Shown: positions 52,919 to 63,483, counted from the first letter of the stretch. The stretch: 64,000 bases of DNA from Candidatus Uhrbacteria bacterium (GCA_016209325.1 JACQWJ010000034.1:220-64219); one strand, 5' to 3'. The notes: generated by a model from the sequence alone, not told the origin. Numbers and translations are program-made.

Positions 52919-54967
52919 TCACCAGATTCCGAGCTCCAATCCGAAACGTGCGTTCGTGTCAAAGGCGAAAAAACGCGCGCGCGCCTGACCGGATCCGTCG
53001 AACACCTGCACATGCGGCCCACCTCCGGGGCCGGCACCTGTCACGATCTCATCGACCCCGTCCCCGTCGAGGTCGCCCGCGGCAACGCGCACGCCCCCAC
53101 GGAAGGTCTGGGCGTAAGAGAAAAACTGGGTGCGCAGCGTCCCGTCCGCCTCAAACACCCGCACGTGGGGTCCTCCACCGGGGCCGGCACCTGTCACGAT
53201 CTCATCGACCCCGTCCCCGTCGAGGTCGCCCATAGCGATGGCAACCCCTCCTTGAAAGGAAGGATGATAGGCGTCAAACTCGCGGAGGAAGGTTCCATTC
53301 CCCTCAAACAGCCGAATGCGCGGTTTCCCGCCAACTCCGAGAGCTGCAACGAGTTCGTCCGTGCCGTCCCCGTCGAGGTCGCCCAAGGCGACGCGTATGG
53401 CCTGAGAAACGCGGTCAAACGGAAAGAAGGAAAACAGCTGCGTTCCATCCGCGGCAAAGATACGAACCTCTCCGCCTCCTCCTTGATCGGGGGAAACAAT
53501 AATCTCATCGACCCTGTCCCCGTCGACATCTCCGGAAGCGACAAACACGCCCTGCCGCTTGTCCTGGCCGTAGGCGAAAAACTGGGAATGGAGCGTACCA
53601 TCCGCCTCGAATACACGCACGTGCGGCCCGCCCCCGGGGCCGGCACCTGTCACGATCTCATCGACCCCATCCCCATCGACATCCCCCATGGCAACGCGCA
53701 CACCCCCAGAAAACCCGGGCGCGTAGGGGGAAAACTCGTTCAGCACATGACCTGTCACATCCAGCCGCCGAACGGTCGATATGCCTCCAGCATCTTGAGA
53801 CGCGACAAACGATAGACTTGACCTACGGATAGACGACGTGTTGCCTCCCGACACCAAAGACGCAAAGCTCGCTCCGATCTCGAGCGCACGGGCAAGCTGG
53901 ATCCGCCCAGCGCCGAGCTGTCCGGACAATGCGGGGTCCTGCTCGCGCACGGGATCGACAGACAATTGGAGAACGGTCCGGAGCGTGTCGGGGCGGAGCG
54001 ACGGATACGCTCCCTTGAGCAGGGCGACAGCACCGCTCACCATGGGGGCGGCGATCGACGTGCCGGACCACAGGCCCCCGTACGCGCCCTTGAATTCCGG
54101 GAGGGAGATGTCCTGGTACATGGTACCGATGACGTCGACGCCAGGCGCGGACAGATCGACACACTGGGAGCCGTAATTGGAAAACCCGGCCTTGGCGTCC
54201 TCGCGGTCGGTCGCCGCCACACCAAGGACAAGGTCGGCTCCTTCTGACGAGACAAAACAGGCAGGATAGATGGGGGTCTCGTTCAAGTCCACGCCGCCGT
54301 TGCCGTCGTTGCCCGCCGCCGCCACGACCGTGACGCCAAGTTCGTAGGCGGTCTGAATCGATCGCAAAAACGCAGGATCGAAATCGAATCCCGTGAAACT
54401 CAGGTTAATGACATCAGCACCATTTGCCACGGCGTAATCCACGGCCTTTCGCGCCATGACGGAATCGCCGGACCCGAGGTCGTCGAGCATGCGCACCGGC
54501 ATGATCCGGACATGCCAGTTGAGACCGGCAATACCATCGCCGTTGTCGGCCACGGCGCCGACGATTCCGGCAATGAGGGTTCCGTGGGAGGCGGCGCTCT
54601 GGTTGAACTCGCCCGTCAGACTCGGAAACGGCGTGGCATCGTCTTCGACGAAATCCCATCCGTAGACGTCGTCCACGAACCCGTTCCCATCGTTGTCGAT
54701 CCCGTCCCCGGCCACTTCCCCGCCATTGGTCCAAACGTGGGAGACGAGGTCGGCGTGGTCGAGGTCGAGCCCCGTATCAAGAACGGCCACCACGACGTCA
54801 TCGGAACCCGTGGTCCGGTCCCACGCTTCAAAGGCATGGACGCGCTCCAGGTACCATTGATCCTCCAAGAGGGGATCGTTCGGGACGAGCGCCAGGACGG
54901 GCTGCACGAACGCGAGGCTTATGATTCCAAGAACCGAACCGGCAAAACGAAAAAAGGCGCGAAGCAT
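52919..54967 (-). CDS. Secreted S8 subtilisin-like peptidase with FG-GAP repeats
   Basis: VAVLDTG (D), HGT..AG (H), SGTSIAAP (S); C-terminal GD.DGDG.DEIV.GAGPGGGPHV repeats. Confidence 0.93.
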   Translation of the reverse strand: MLRAFFRFAGSVLGIISLAFVQPVLALVPNDPLLEDQWYLERVHAFEAWDRTTGSDDVVVAVLDTGLDLDHADLVSHVWTNGGEVAGDGIDNDGNGFVDDVYGWDFVEDDATPFPSLTGEFNQSAASHGTLIAGIVGAVADNGDGIAGLNWHVRIMPVRMLDDLGSGDSVMARKAVDYAVANGADVINLSFTGFDFDPAFLRSIQTAYELGVTVVAAAGNDGNGGVDLNETPIYPACFVSSEGADLVLGVAATDREDAKAGFSNYGSQCVDLSAPGVDVIGTMYQDISLPEFKGAYGGLWSGTSIAAPMVSGAVALLKGAYPSLRPDTLRTVLQLSVDPVREQDPALSGQLGAGRIQLARALEIGASFASLVSGGNTSSIRRSSLSFVASQDAGGISTVRRLDVTGHVLNEFSPYAPGFSGGVRVAMGDVDGDGVDEIVTGAGPGGGPHVRVFEADGTLHSQFFAYGQDKRQGVFVASGDVDGDRVDEIIVSPDQGGGGEVRIFAADGTQLFSFFPFDRVSQAIRVALGDLDGDGTDELVAALGVGGKPRIRLFEGNGTFLREFDAYHPSFQGGVAIAMGDLDGDGVDEIVTGAGPGGGPHVRVFEADGTLRTQFFSYAQTFRGGVRVAAGDLDGDGVDEIVTGAGPGGGPHVQVFDGSGQARARFFAFDTNARFGLELGIW

Positions 54968-54984
54968 GAAAGGACAATTAAAAC

Positions 54985-55710
54985 CTAAGACGAGAACATT
55001 TGCGCGCGTTGCATCGCTTGACGGACCTCGTCGATGCGGACCTTCAGCGCCGCGTCGTCCGGATCGAGCTGAAGGGCAATTTCGTAATGGGAAAGTGCTT
55101 GGGCGTATAGTCCTTGAGCTTCATACCAGGCTCCGAGACGGGCGAGTAGGCCGGGCGTCTGCCCCAGGGTCGCGATGGCCTCTTCGAGGATGTGACCGAT
55201 TTCCGAACGTTTTTCCGGCAGGCGCTCATCAATAAGGTCAGCCAACTTGAGATAGGTCGGCTCATAGGAATTGACGACGATCGCCGCGCGCCAACGAGCT
55301 TCCGCTCCCGTCACGTCACCCATTTCATAGAGTGCCTGGCCGAGATTCTCAAGGGCGGGCGCGTCCCGCGGATGGTCAGCCAAAATGCGCTCGTACCATT
55401 CTTTCGCTCCCGCGAGGTCGCCGTAGGCATACTTCAAATTTCCTAACTGGAGCATGTTTGAGATGTCCTCGGACGCCTCGGTGTCTTCCCGCATGGCAGC
55501 CTCGAGGGTCTGGATGCGAAGCTCCAGTTCGGCCTTCCCTGCAGAATCTAACCCGCGGTCAATCAAGGCCGCGAATGCCGAACCCGGCACGGGAGCCGGC
55601 GATGGCTGTCCAACGCGCCAAAGAACGACGATGATGGCCGCGACAAGCAGCACCAACCCCGCACCAGCCTTGTGCGCAGGAAGAGAGAATTTCTTGGATA
55701 TCTGTTCCAT
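54985..55710 (-). CDS. Membrane-anchored TPR protein
   Basis: N-terminal TM helix; LG......GD..GA...Y and AL.LDPD repeats. Confidence 0.8.
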   Translation of the reverse strand: MEQISKKFSLPAHKAGAGLVLLVAAIIVVLWRVGQPSPAPVPGSAFAALIDRGLDSAGKAELELRIQTLEAAMREDTEASEDISNMLQLGNLKYAYGDLAGAKEWYERILADHPRDAPALENLGQALYEMGDVTGAEARWRAAIVVNSYEPTYLKLADLIDERLPEKRSEIGHILEEAIATLGQTPGLLARLGAWYEAQGLYAQALSHYEIALQLDPDDAALKVRIDEVRQAMQRAQMFSS

Positions 55711-55830
55711 AGACAGGGGTCATCCTAACGAAAACGAGGAGGTTTGGCAAGGGGAAATGAACTGTACAAGCATGCCGCACGTCTTCCAAAATACCCGTCC
55801 ATCGGGTACGATGGCGGCCAATCCATCTCT

Positions 55831-57102
55831 ATGCCCGCACCTGAACCCTCTTCCATCCATCGTATCGTCATCCTTGGCGCCGGATTCGGGGGCATCTACG
55901 CCTACCGTCGCCTTCACTGGCGGCTCCATGGCCGCACGGACGTGAGCGTGACCATCGTGAACCGGGAAAACTACTTCCTGTTCACGCCCCTGCTGCACGA
56001 GGTCGCGACAGGCAGCATCGCCCCACCAAACATCGTGGAGTCGGTGCGCAAAATCGCCCGCTGCTGCGTCGGGGACGTGGTGATCGGGAGCGTCCAACGG
56101 GTCCGCCTGGAAGACCGGATCGTGGAAACGGACGCGGGTTCCCTTCCCTACGACGAGCTCATCATCGCTCTCGGGTCCGAAACGAACTTTTACGACACAC
56201 CGGGGACCGAGGAGCACGCCCTCCAGCTTAAGTCGCTATCCGACGCGGTGCGCCTCAAAAACCACTGCCTCCGCCTGTTCGAGCAGGCCGCCTCGGAAAC
56301 GACGAATCCTGAGGAGCGCCGGCAGCTCCTGCGCTTCGTCATCGTCGGCGGAGGACCGACGGGCGTGGAGCTGGCCGCCGAATTGTCCGAGTTCGTGTAC
56401 GGCACGCTGGAGGCGTTTTTCCGACGCGAAGACCTCTTGCCCGAGGTGGACATCGTCCTCCTCCAAGCCGGGTCGGAACTCCTGCCCCAGTTTGCGCCCC
56501 ACTCCCGAACCAAAAGTCTGGAAGTGTTGCGACAAAAAAAGATCCGCGTTTGTCTCGACACGACCGCTCGAACCATGGATACGGAGGGGGTGACGCTCGA
56601 GAATGGCACACCCCTGCCCTCGAAGACAGTCGTCTGGGTGGCGGGCACGAGGCCTACCCCTCTCGCGTTTGACGCGGACGTGAAACGGGACACTTCGGGG
56701 AAGCTCCTCGTGGACACTTCCCTCCGGCTCATAGGACACAAGAACGTATTCGCGCTCGGCGACCAAGCGGCCTGCCTGGACGCGAAGACAGGGCGTCCCC
56801 TGCCCGGGCTGGCCCAAGTCGCGACCCAACAGGCCCGGATCGCAGCCGACAACGCCTGCGCCGCCCTGCACGGCAAGCCCCTCCGGACCTTCCGTTACCG
56901 TCACAAGGGAAACCTAGCCTCGCTCGGCCAGTGGATGGCGATCGCGGAAATCGGCGGGCGCCACTTCTGGGGACACCTCGCCTGGTGGCTCTGGCGCACG
57001 GTGTACCTCACAAAGTTCATCTCGCGCAAAAAGAAATTCGAAATCGCCATGGACTGGACCCTCAACCTCTTCGCCTCACGCGACATCTCAAGGATCGAAT
57101 AA
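55831..57102 (+). CDS. ndh: Type II NADH dehydrogenase (NDH-2)-like FAD oxidoreductase
   Basis: GAGFGG, FTPLL.EVATG, YD.L..ALG, GGGPTGVELAAE, FALGD, AQVATQQ, F.Y..KG. Confidence 0.9.
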   Translation: MPAPEPSSIHRIVILGAGFGGIYAYRRLHWRLHGRTDVSVTIVNRENYFLFTPLLHEVATGSIAPPNIVESVRKIARCCVGDVVIGSVQRVRLEDRIVETDAGSLPYDELIIALGSETNFYDTPGTEEHALQLKSLSDAVRLKNHCLRLFEQAASETTNPEERRQLLRFVIVGGGPTGVELAAELSEFVYGTLEAFFRREDLLPEVDIVLLQAGSELLPQFAPHSRTKSLEVLRQKKIRVCLDTTARTMDTEGVTLENGTPLPSKTVVWVAGTRPTPLAFDADVKRDTSGKLLVDTSLRLIGHKNVFALGDQAACLDAKTGRPLPGLAQVATQQARIAADNACAALHGKPLRTFRYRHKGNLASLGQWMAIAEIGGRHFWGHLAWWLWRTVYLTKFISRKKKFEIAMDWTLNLFASRDISRIE

Positions 57103-57130
57103 AAACGGACCGCAGGTGTGGTCCGTTTTT
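57102..57130 (+). terminator. Intrinsic terminator after ndh
   Basis: AAAAACGGACCGC-AGGT-GTGGTCCGTTTTT. Confidence 0.75.
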
Positions 57131-57152
57131 ATTCTCTGTTCACAAGGCATTC

Positions 57153-57181
57153 TTGAAAATCATCAGAATTTTTGATACAAT
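57153..57181 (+). promoter_or_regulatory. sigma70 promoter of the AbiE-like pair
   Basis: TTGAAA-17 bp-TACAAT a few nt upstream of the ATG at 57190. Confidence 0.65.
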
Positions 57182-57189
57182 AAAATTGT

Positions 57190-57417
57190 ATGAAGTTCAG
57201 ACAAACACTCTTTTGGGATGTAGACCCAAAGACGATCGATTCAAAAAAACACGCACGGTATGTGATTGAACGTATTTTTGATTTCGGAACTGATAAGGAA
57301 GTACGATGGCTTTGGCGAACCTATCCAAAAACGCTCCTTCACGGTGTCGCAAAGACGTCTCGAAGTCTTCATGCGGATACCCGTGCCCTATGGCAAGAAC
57401 TCACAAAAATCAAGTAA
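57190..57417 (+). CDS. DUF6922-like protein (partner of the AbiEii-type NTase)
   Basis: LFWDVD...ID..KH..YVIERI..FG. Confidence 0.75.
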   Translation: MKFRQTLFWDVDPKTIDSKKHARYVIERIFDFGTDKEVRWLWRTYPKTLLHGVAKTSRSLHADTRALWQELTKIK

Positions 57418-58067
57418 CGTGGCATCTTGACGCTCTTCCGCATAAGACGTTGAAAGCGTTAGATTTTTTTTCGAAGGCAGAATGGCTCAGCACGTCAAAG
57501 TGGTATCTTGCCGGTGGCACTGCCCTCGCTCTTCAAGTTGGACATCGTACCTCTCTTGATCTCGATTTTTTTACACCCGCTAAAAATTTTTCCATGAATG
57601 GTCTGACCAATCGTTTTTCTTCAACGATGTGGGAAACACAGATTGCAAAAGAAGCAACTGTGTATGGGACACTCTTAGGAGCAAAAGTCAGTTTTATCGC
57701 CTATCCATTTTTTATTCCCAGAGAACCTTTCATACGTTATGGGAACGTCCGAGTTCTTTCTATTCGCGACATCGCTGTCATGAAAATTATTGCGATCAGT
57801 CAACGTGGAAAGAAACGGGATTTTTATGACCTCTATTGGTATATCCAACACTGCGAATCCTTGTTGGATATCCTACGCAGGCTACCAGATCAGTATCCCA
57901 CCGTGGCGCACGACTTTCATCATATCTTAAAAGCCCTCTTGTATTTTGCCGAAGCCGAAGACGATCCGATGCCGCGTTTATTTTTCACATCACCTTGGAA
58001 AACCGTCAAACGCTTTTTTACGAAGGAAGTCCCTCTTATTTCAAAAGAACTTCTGCGTCTTGAATGA
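57390..58067 (+). CDS. AbiEii/AbiGii-family nucleotidyltransferase toxin
   Basis: YLAGGTALALQ.GHR.S.DLDFF, DIAVMK..AI.QRG.KRDFYDLY. Confidence 0.88.
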   Translation: MARTHKNQVTWHLDALPHKTLKALDFFSKAEWLSTSKWYLAGGTALALQVGHRTSLDLDFFTPAKNFSMNGLTNRFSSTMWETQIAKEATVYGTLLGAKVSFIAYPFFIPREPFIRYGNVRVLSIRDIAVMKIIAISQRGKKRDFYDLYWYIQHCESLLDILRRLPDQYPTVAHDFHHILKALLYFAEAEDDPMPRLFFTSPWKTVKRFFTKEVPLISKELLRLE

Positions 58068-58203
58068 TGCACATCGTCTCATGCTTCTCCCCTGTGTCAG
58101 AGTAAGGTTTGGGATATGGAAGCTGTTTGTGGTGCATGATTTTTTGGATGGTGGAAGTTGCAGTAGAGATCGCTTCCAAGCCATCATCTGAGAAAAAAAC
58201 ACA

Positions 58204-58878
58204 TTACAGCGTCTCCAGATCCAAGACAATCTTGATCTTGTCGTCGATGGCCTGATCGCCGATGTCCTCGAAGAATTTGCCGGAGCCGAAACGAACGTCC
58301 CAGAGGGTCCGGTCGATCTCGAACTCGGCGTGGGCGGTAAGCCGCTGGGCATCGGCCTTGATGGCCGCGGGGAACGCAATGGCGTTCGTGATGCCCTTGA
58401 TCGTCAGGTCTCCCGTGACGTCGTAGGCGTCGGACCCGGCAGCCTTGTCAACCTTCGTGATCGCGAAGGCGGCGGCCGGATACTGCGCGACGTCGAAAAA
58501 GTCGGGGGACTTCAAGTGGTTCAAGAGCCGTTCGCCGCCTATAGCGTCGAGCACCTTGATCGCTGTCATGTCGATCGTGAATTGTCCACCCATAATCGCA
58601 CCATTCTCGACCGTGAGAGTTCCCTCGGACACAGGCACCGTTCCGTTGTGTTTGTAATCGACAATAAACGTCTTCTTGGCCTCCCAGGCGAGCGTGCTCT
58701 TCTCCACATTCAACGCGTACGCCCCGTCCGGCAGCAGGACGGAAACGCCTTCACTCGAGGTCGAAGTCCCCTCGGAAGACGGTTGCGCGGGAGCCGATTC
58801 CGGCTGGCATCCGGCCCCGGCGACGAGGAGTGAAGAGACGAACAGACTGGCAAAGAACAGGGAGGAAGTGGTGCGCAT
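58204..58878 (-). CDS. YceI family lipoprotein
   Basis: GAGC lipobox; HLKSPDFFDVAQYP, G.LTIKGIT, IDRT.W. Confidence 0.9.
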   Translation of the reverse strand: MRTTSSLFFASLFVSSLLVAGAGCQPESAPAQPSSEGTSTSSEGVSVLLPDGAYALNVEKSTLAWEAKKTFIVDYKHNGTVPVSEGTLTVENGAIMGGQFTIDMTAIKVLDAIGGERLLNHLKSPDFFDVAQYPAAAFAITKVDKAAGSDAYDVTGDLTIKGITNAIAFPAAIKADAQRLTAHAEFEIDRTLWDVRFGSGKFFEDIGDQAIDDKIKIVLDLETL

Positions 58879-59028
58879 AAACGTGAAAACGGTTACGTTA
58901 CGAATGGAGGTAAGACCCCTTCGCGAAGGGGTCGAAGAATAGGGACGCCTCGAAAAAAGACATGGAGAGTATACCAGGCGCTTCCCAAAGAAAAAAGACG
59001 CGGGGTAAGCGCGTCTTGGAGTCGACCG

Positions 59029-62000
59029 TTATTGCGGAAGCGTCATGACCTGGCCGGAGCCGGACCAACTGATCCCCACCTCATATTCGTAGTCGTCCAC
59101 CTCCACACAGAGCGGATCGCCGCTCTCCTCGCACCACTGGTTGTAGTACGAGTACCTCCAGTCGTTGGAGGAGGTCATGTTGACCGCCTTCGTGGAGCTC
59201 GTTGTGGACAGGGTAGAGACGAGGGTGAAGACCGAAGCCGTCACCTTCGCCTTACCCGCGAAGTCGACGGCCAGAAGCCCGCCCGAATACAGGATGAGGT
59301 TGTCGCTCTGGAGCTGCGTAGACGGCCCGAAAGGGCTGTCGCCGGTGGCGTAGGCGTTGGCGGTCGTGTAGGCCGTGGCCGCCGGGTCGCATTTCCAGTT
59401 TCCGGAGATATAGCCCGAGGTCTCGTACTTGCAGGCGAAGACCCCCTGACTCCCGCTCCGGAACACGACTTTGCTCCCCTCGAAGTAGACATACGGGCAG
59501 GAAACGGTCTCCTGCGCGTCCATGGCGCCGTCGCAGTCGGTGTCGGCCTGATCACCGCACCGTTCGATGGCGTTCGGGTAGACGGTGTTGTTGGCGTCGT
59601 TGCAGTCGCCGGTCGCCGTCGCGTAGCCCGAGGGCTTGTTGCAGGCGGCCGTGGTCGTGGAGGTACCGTAGCCGTCAACGTCGGCATCGAGATAGAAGGT
59701 CTTCTTCACCCCCTCGTCGACCGAGCCGTCGCAGTCGTTGTCCAGCCCGTCGCAGCTTTCGGCTGCATTGGGATTGACGGACGACCGCGTGTCGTCGCAG
59801 TCGGTGTTGTTGGTGACCTTGCCGCTCGGCTGGGCGCAGGCCGAGACGGGGGTTGAGCCCGCCATGCCATAGCCGTCGCCGTCCGCGTCGGGGTAGTAGT
59901 TTTTGAACGTGAGCCCCTCATCGGAGCTCCCGTCGCAGTCGTCGTCTATCCCGTTGCAGGCCTCGGCGGCACCCGGGTAGACCGCGGCGTCGGCGTCGTC
60001 GCAGTCTCTGTCGTTGGTGACCTGGGCTCCAGACGGAGCACAGGCGTAGGTCGGGCTGCTCCCCATCTGGCCGTAACCGTCGCCGTCTGAATCCGTGTAG
60101 TAGGCGGTCTTGACGCCGTCGTCGGCCTGACCGTCGCAGTCGTCGTCGAGCCCGTTGCACGTTTCCGTAGCACCGGGGTAGACACTCGAGCGCGTGTCGT
60201 CGCAGTCGGTGTTGTTGTTGGTGTAACCAGACGGTGGACTACATGCGTAAGCAGGGCTGCTCCCCGCCTTACCGTAGCGGTCACCGTCGTCATCTGGGTA
60301 GTAGGCGATCTGGACGCCGTCGTCCGCCACGCCGTCGCAATCGTCGTCGAGGCTGTTGCACTGCTCGAGAGCGCCGGGGTAGATGGCCCCGTTGCCGTCG
60401 TCGCAGTCGCCGGAAACAGTGACGTAGCCGAATGGCTGGACGCAGTCGGCCTTGGTGACCGCACCGTTGCCGTAGCCGTCGCCGTCGATGTCCTCGTACC
60501 AGGTCTGGTAGAGGACACTTTCATCGATGTCTCCGTCGCAGTCGTCGTCGGCCCCGTTGCACTGCTCGGGGGCGTTCGGGTGAACTGCCGCGTCGGTGTC
60601 GTCGCAGTCGTCGTCGGCGGAGACATATCCGGAGGGCTGAGCGCAGGCCTCGGTGGCCTCACCAGAATCCCCGTATCCATCACTGTCGCTGTCGAGGTAC
60701 CAGACCGAACGGGCAAGCCCGTCGTCGATCTGGGTGTTGCAGTCGTTGTCGATATTGTCGCAGACCTCCGTTGCCCCCGGATGGGTCTGGTCGTCGCTGT
60801 CGTCGCAGTCAGAGTTGTCGAGGACGTACCCAGAGGGCTGAGCGCACGCCTGGGTCGAGACAGCCGCGTTGCCAAAGCCGTCGCCATCCAGGTCCTCGTG
60901 ATAGATGACCTTCAGGCCGTCGTCGGCCACCCCGTCGCAGTCGTCGTCAATCCCGTTGCAGACTTCCACCGCTCCAGGATGAACGGTCGACCGAGTGTCG
61001 TCGCAGTCGAGGCTGTTGGCGACGTATCCGTCGGGCTGGGTGCAGGCTTGAATGCCTTTTCCCGCGTCCCCGTATCCATCTCCGTCGACGTCCTCGAAGT
61101 AGTTGGTTTTGACGCCCTCGTCAAACTGGGTGTCGCAGTCGTTGTCCAATCCATCGCATTCCTCCGGTGCTCCCGGATGGACATTCGACCTGGAGTCATC
61201 GCAGTCGGCGTTGTGGCCGACGTAGCCATCGGGCTGGGAACAGGCCTGGATCGACCCGTCCGCCGCTCCGTACCCGTCGACATCGGCGTCGCGGTAGTAC
61301 TGGGTCTTCTGGATGCCGTCATCCGCCGCACCGTCGCAGTCGTCGTCCGCCTCGTTGCAGACCTCAGTGACGCCGGGATTCACCGCCGGATTGCCGTCGT
61401 TGCAGTCGCCGGAACGGAGAACGGTGCCAGCCGGCTGGAGGCAGTCCTCCACGCCCTCGCCGGTTCCGTACCCGTCGCCGTCGGCGTCCATGTACCACCT
61501 CGAGGTCGTGACGTCGTTGTCAACCACCTCGTCGCAGTCGTTGTCGATGCCGTCGCACTGCTCCGGCGCGCCGGGATAGGTCGCGGCGTCGGCGTCTTCA
61601 CAGTCGCCGGCGTTGTCGACATACCCTTCCGGTGCACGACAGGCCTCGGTGGTTTCCGCGTCTGGATCGCCGAAGCCGTCTTCGTCCGCGTCGACGTAGA
61701 AGGTCGTCGTTTCGAGATCTTGGTCGACCTCGCTGTCGCAGTCATCGTCGATCCCATTGCAGGCTTCCGCCGCTTCGGGGTTGACCGACGCCTGGGTGTC
61801 GTCGCAGTCGAGGGCGTTGTCGACGTATCCATCAACCTGCTCACACCCCTGGGTCGGGATGGTCGGGTCGCCGTAGCCGTCGTTGTCGCCGTCGAAGTAG
61901 TAGGCGTTGTTCACACCCTCATCCGCCTCGCCGTCACAGTCGTCGTCCTGGTTGTTACAGGTCTCCGTCGCTCCGGGATGGACATCCTGGTCGGTATCGG

Positions 62001-62910
62001 CACAGTCACCGCCTTCCGACACGTAGAGGTCGGTCGGAGGCTTGCAGGCGATGGCGGGTTTGGCGGAATTGCCGTACCCGTCGCCGTCGTTGTCCGGGTA
62101 GAAGGTGCTAAGGACACCTTCGTCCACCGCCCCGTCGCAGTCGTTGTCCGCTTCGTCGCAGATCTCGTCGGCATCGGGGTTGATCGAAGCGTCGCTGTCA
62201 TCGCAGTCGTCGGCGTTGTCGACGTAGTCGTCCGGAGCAGCGCACGTTCCCGCCGGCTTGGCGGGATCGCCGAAGCCGTCGCTGTCGAGGTCCTGGTAGA
62301 AGGGCTCGTAGCTGCCCTCGTCGACCTCCCCGTCGCAGTCGTCGTCCTGCCCGTTGCAGACCTCGTCGGCTTCGGGATTGACCGACGCCAGCGTGTCGTC
62401 ACAATCTTCGGAGTTGTCGACGTAACCGTCTGCGCTGTCACAGACGAACTGTTCGTCCTCAGCGTCGCCGAAGCCGTCTTCGTCCTTATCTGCGTAAACC
62501 GCCCAACGATCGCTGAGTTCGACGTCATCGTCGATCTCGCCGTCGCAGTCGTTGTCAACGCCGTCACAGTCGTCGTAGGCGCTCGGATGAACCGCATCGT
62601 CCGCGTCATCGCAGTCGCCTTCCGTGACCGTGTAGCCGTCGTCGTCATCATCCTGCTTTGGATCCGGCGTGGACGTGGTGACCGGAGGCGAAGTGCCATC
62701 CGGCGGCGTCGTCTCTTCCGGGGAGGGCTCCATGGTCGGAGTGACCGACGGTGCCGTATCGGGAGGTATGGAAGCCTCCGGACACTCATCGTTCGGGTAG
62801 TCGGAGGGGTAACTCCCCCCTGAGCAAGGCAACTCCACGGGAAAGCATCCCGCCACCAGGAAGAACAGCCCCGTGATAGGACCATTCACCAACTTCCATC
62901 TTTTTTTCAT
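59029..62910 (-). CDS. Lipoprotein with 16 Cys/Asp-rich repeats of ~66 aa (MopE-related putative metal-binding motif)
   Basis: LVAGC lipobox; Pro/Thr linker; repeat D.DGDGYG...C...DCDD...PGA.E.CNG.DDDCDG..DE counted 16 times (first one shorter); distinct C-terminal domain. Confidence 0.88.
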   Translation of the reverse strand: MKKRWKLVNGPITGLFFLVAGCFPVELPCSGGSYPSDYPNDECPEASIPPDTAPSVTPTMEPSPEETTPPDGTSPPVTTSTPDPKQDDDDDGYTVTEGDCDDADDAVHPSAYDDCDGVDNDCDGEIDDDVELSDRWAVYADKDEDGFGDAEDEQFVCDSADGYVDNSEDCDDTLASVNPEADEVCNGQDDDCDGEVDEGSYEPFYQDLDSDGFGDPAKPAGTCAAPDDYVDNADDCDDSDASINPDADEICDEADNDCDGAVDEGVLSTFYPDNDGDGYGNSAKPAIACKPPTDLYVSEGGDCADTDQDVHPGATETCNNQDDDCDGEADEGVNNAYYFDGDNDGYGDPTIPTQGCEQVDGYVDNALDCDDTQASVNPEAAEACNGIDDDCDSEVDQDLETTTFYVDADEDGFGDPDAETTEACRAPEGYVDNAGDCEDADAATYPGAPEQCDGIDNDCDEVVDNDVTTSRWYMDADGDGYGTGEGVEDCLQPAGTVLRSGDCNDGNPAVNPGVTEVCNEADDDCDGAADDGIQKTQYYRDADVDGYGAADGSIQACSQPDGYVGHNADCDDSRSNVHPGAPEECDGLDNDCDTQFDEGVKTNYFEDVDGDGYGDAGKGIQACTQPDGYVANSLDCDDTRSTVHPGAVEVCNGIDDDCDGVADDGLKVIYHEDLDGDGFGNAAVSTQACAQPSGYVLDNSDCDDSDDQTHPGATEVCDNIDNDCNTQIDDGLARSVWYLDSDSDGYGDSGEATEACAQPSGYVSADDDCDDTDAAVHPNAPEQCNGADDDCDGDIDESVLYQTWYEDIDGDGYGNGAVTKADCVQPFGYVTVSGDCDDGNGAIYPGALEQCNSLDDDCDGVADDGVQIAYYPDDDGDRYGKAGSSPAYACSPPSGYTNNNTDCDDTRSSVYPGATETCNGLDDDCDGQADDGVKTAYYTDSDGDGYGQMGSSPTYACAPSGAQVTNDRDCDDADAAVYPGAAEACNGIDDDCDGSSDEGLTFKNYYPDADGDGYGMAGSTPVSACAQPSGKVTNNTDCDDTRSSVNPNAAESCDGLDNDCDGSVDEGVKKTFYLDADVDGYGTSTTTAACNKPSGYATATGDCNDANNTVYPNAIERCGDQADTDCDGAMDAQETVSCPYVYFEGSKVVFRSGSQGVFACKYETSGYISGNWKCDPAATAYTTANAYATGDSPFGPSTQLQSDNLILYSGGLLAVDFAGKAKVTASVFTLVSTLSTTSSTKAVNMTSSNDWRYSYYNQWCEESGDPLCVEVDDYEYEVGISWSGSGQVMTLPQ

Positions 62911-63256
62911 CTTCGGCTCCTTAGTCTAAAACCGGACCTTTCCGGTTTGCCACGAAACCGTTCCGTGGACTTTCCAACCGCTTCCGCACTTCCAACCAAA
63001 AAAGAGAACGGAACGCATTTCCCGCCTCTTTTCAAAGAACAAAACCCTCAAGCACGGTCCCGGCGGCCGTACGCCACAAAACCCACGTGACGTACGCAAA
63101 CCGGTACCCTGCTTAAAAGGACCGGGGACCTTAGCCGAAAATGCCAATTACGTCAAGGAAAATGACCTAAAAAAATAATTTTGGGTTTCTTCCATATCCA
63201 GGGAATATATGTTACGTTTTAAGTGTTCATCTGTACCAATTCGATAATCACAATCT

Positions 63257-63481
63257 ATGGATTCCATGGTCCGCATTCCCAAAATGGAATATCACCAACT
63301 CAAGCGCCTCGCCAAGCGTTACCAGCTGCTGTGCGGCGTCTTTGCGGCAGATGCCTTTGAAGAACCACCGATCAAGAACCGCAACGTTGTCTTGAAACGC
63401 TTGCGTGAGACCGGCAAGTATAACGAAAAGTTTTTGGGAAGCTTAGAACAAGGCATGAAGGAGTCCAGGATGTTCTCCTAA
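63257..63481 (+). CDS. Putative antitoxin
   Basis: V.IPK.EY..LK; small gene directly upstream of a RelE-like toxin. Confidence 0.65.
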   Translation: MDSMVRIPKMEYHQLKRLAKRYQLLCGVFAADAFEEPPIKNRNVVLKRLRETGKYNEKFLGSLEQGMKESRMFS

Positions 63482-63483
63482 CT

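Noticed and set aside
53020-53700. Near-identical DNA repeats as a CRISPR array or second TR/VR
   Set aside because: They are in-frame FG-GAP coding repeats of the S8 protease; no A-specific mismatch pattern and no cas genes
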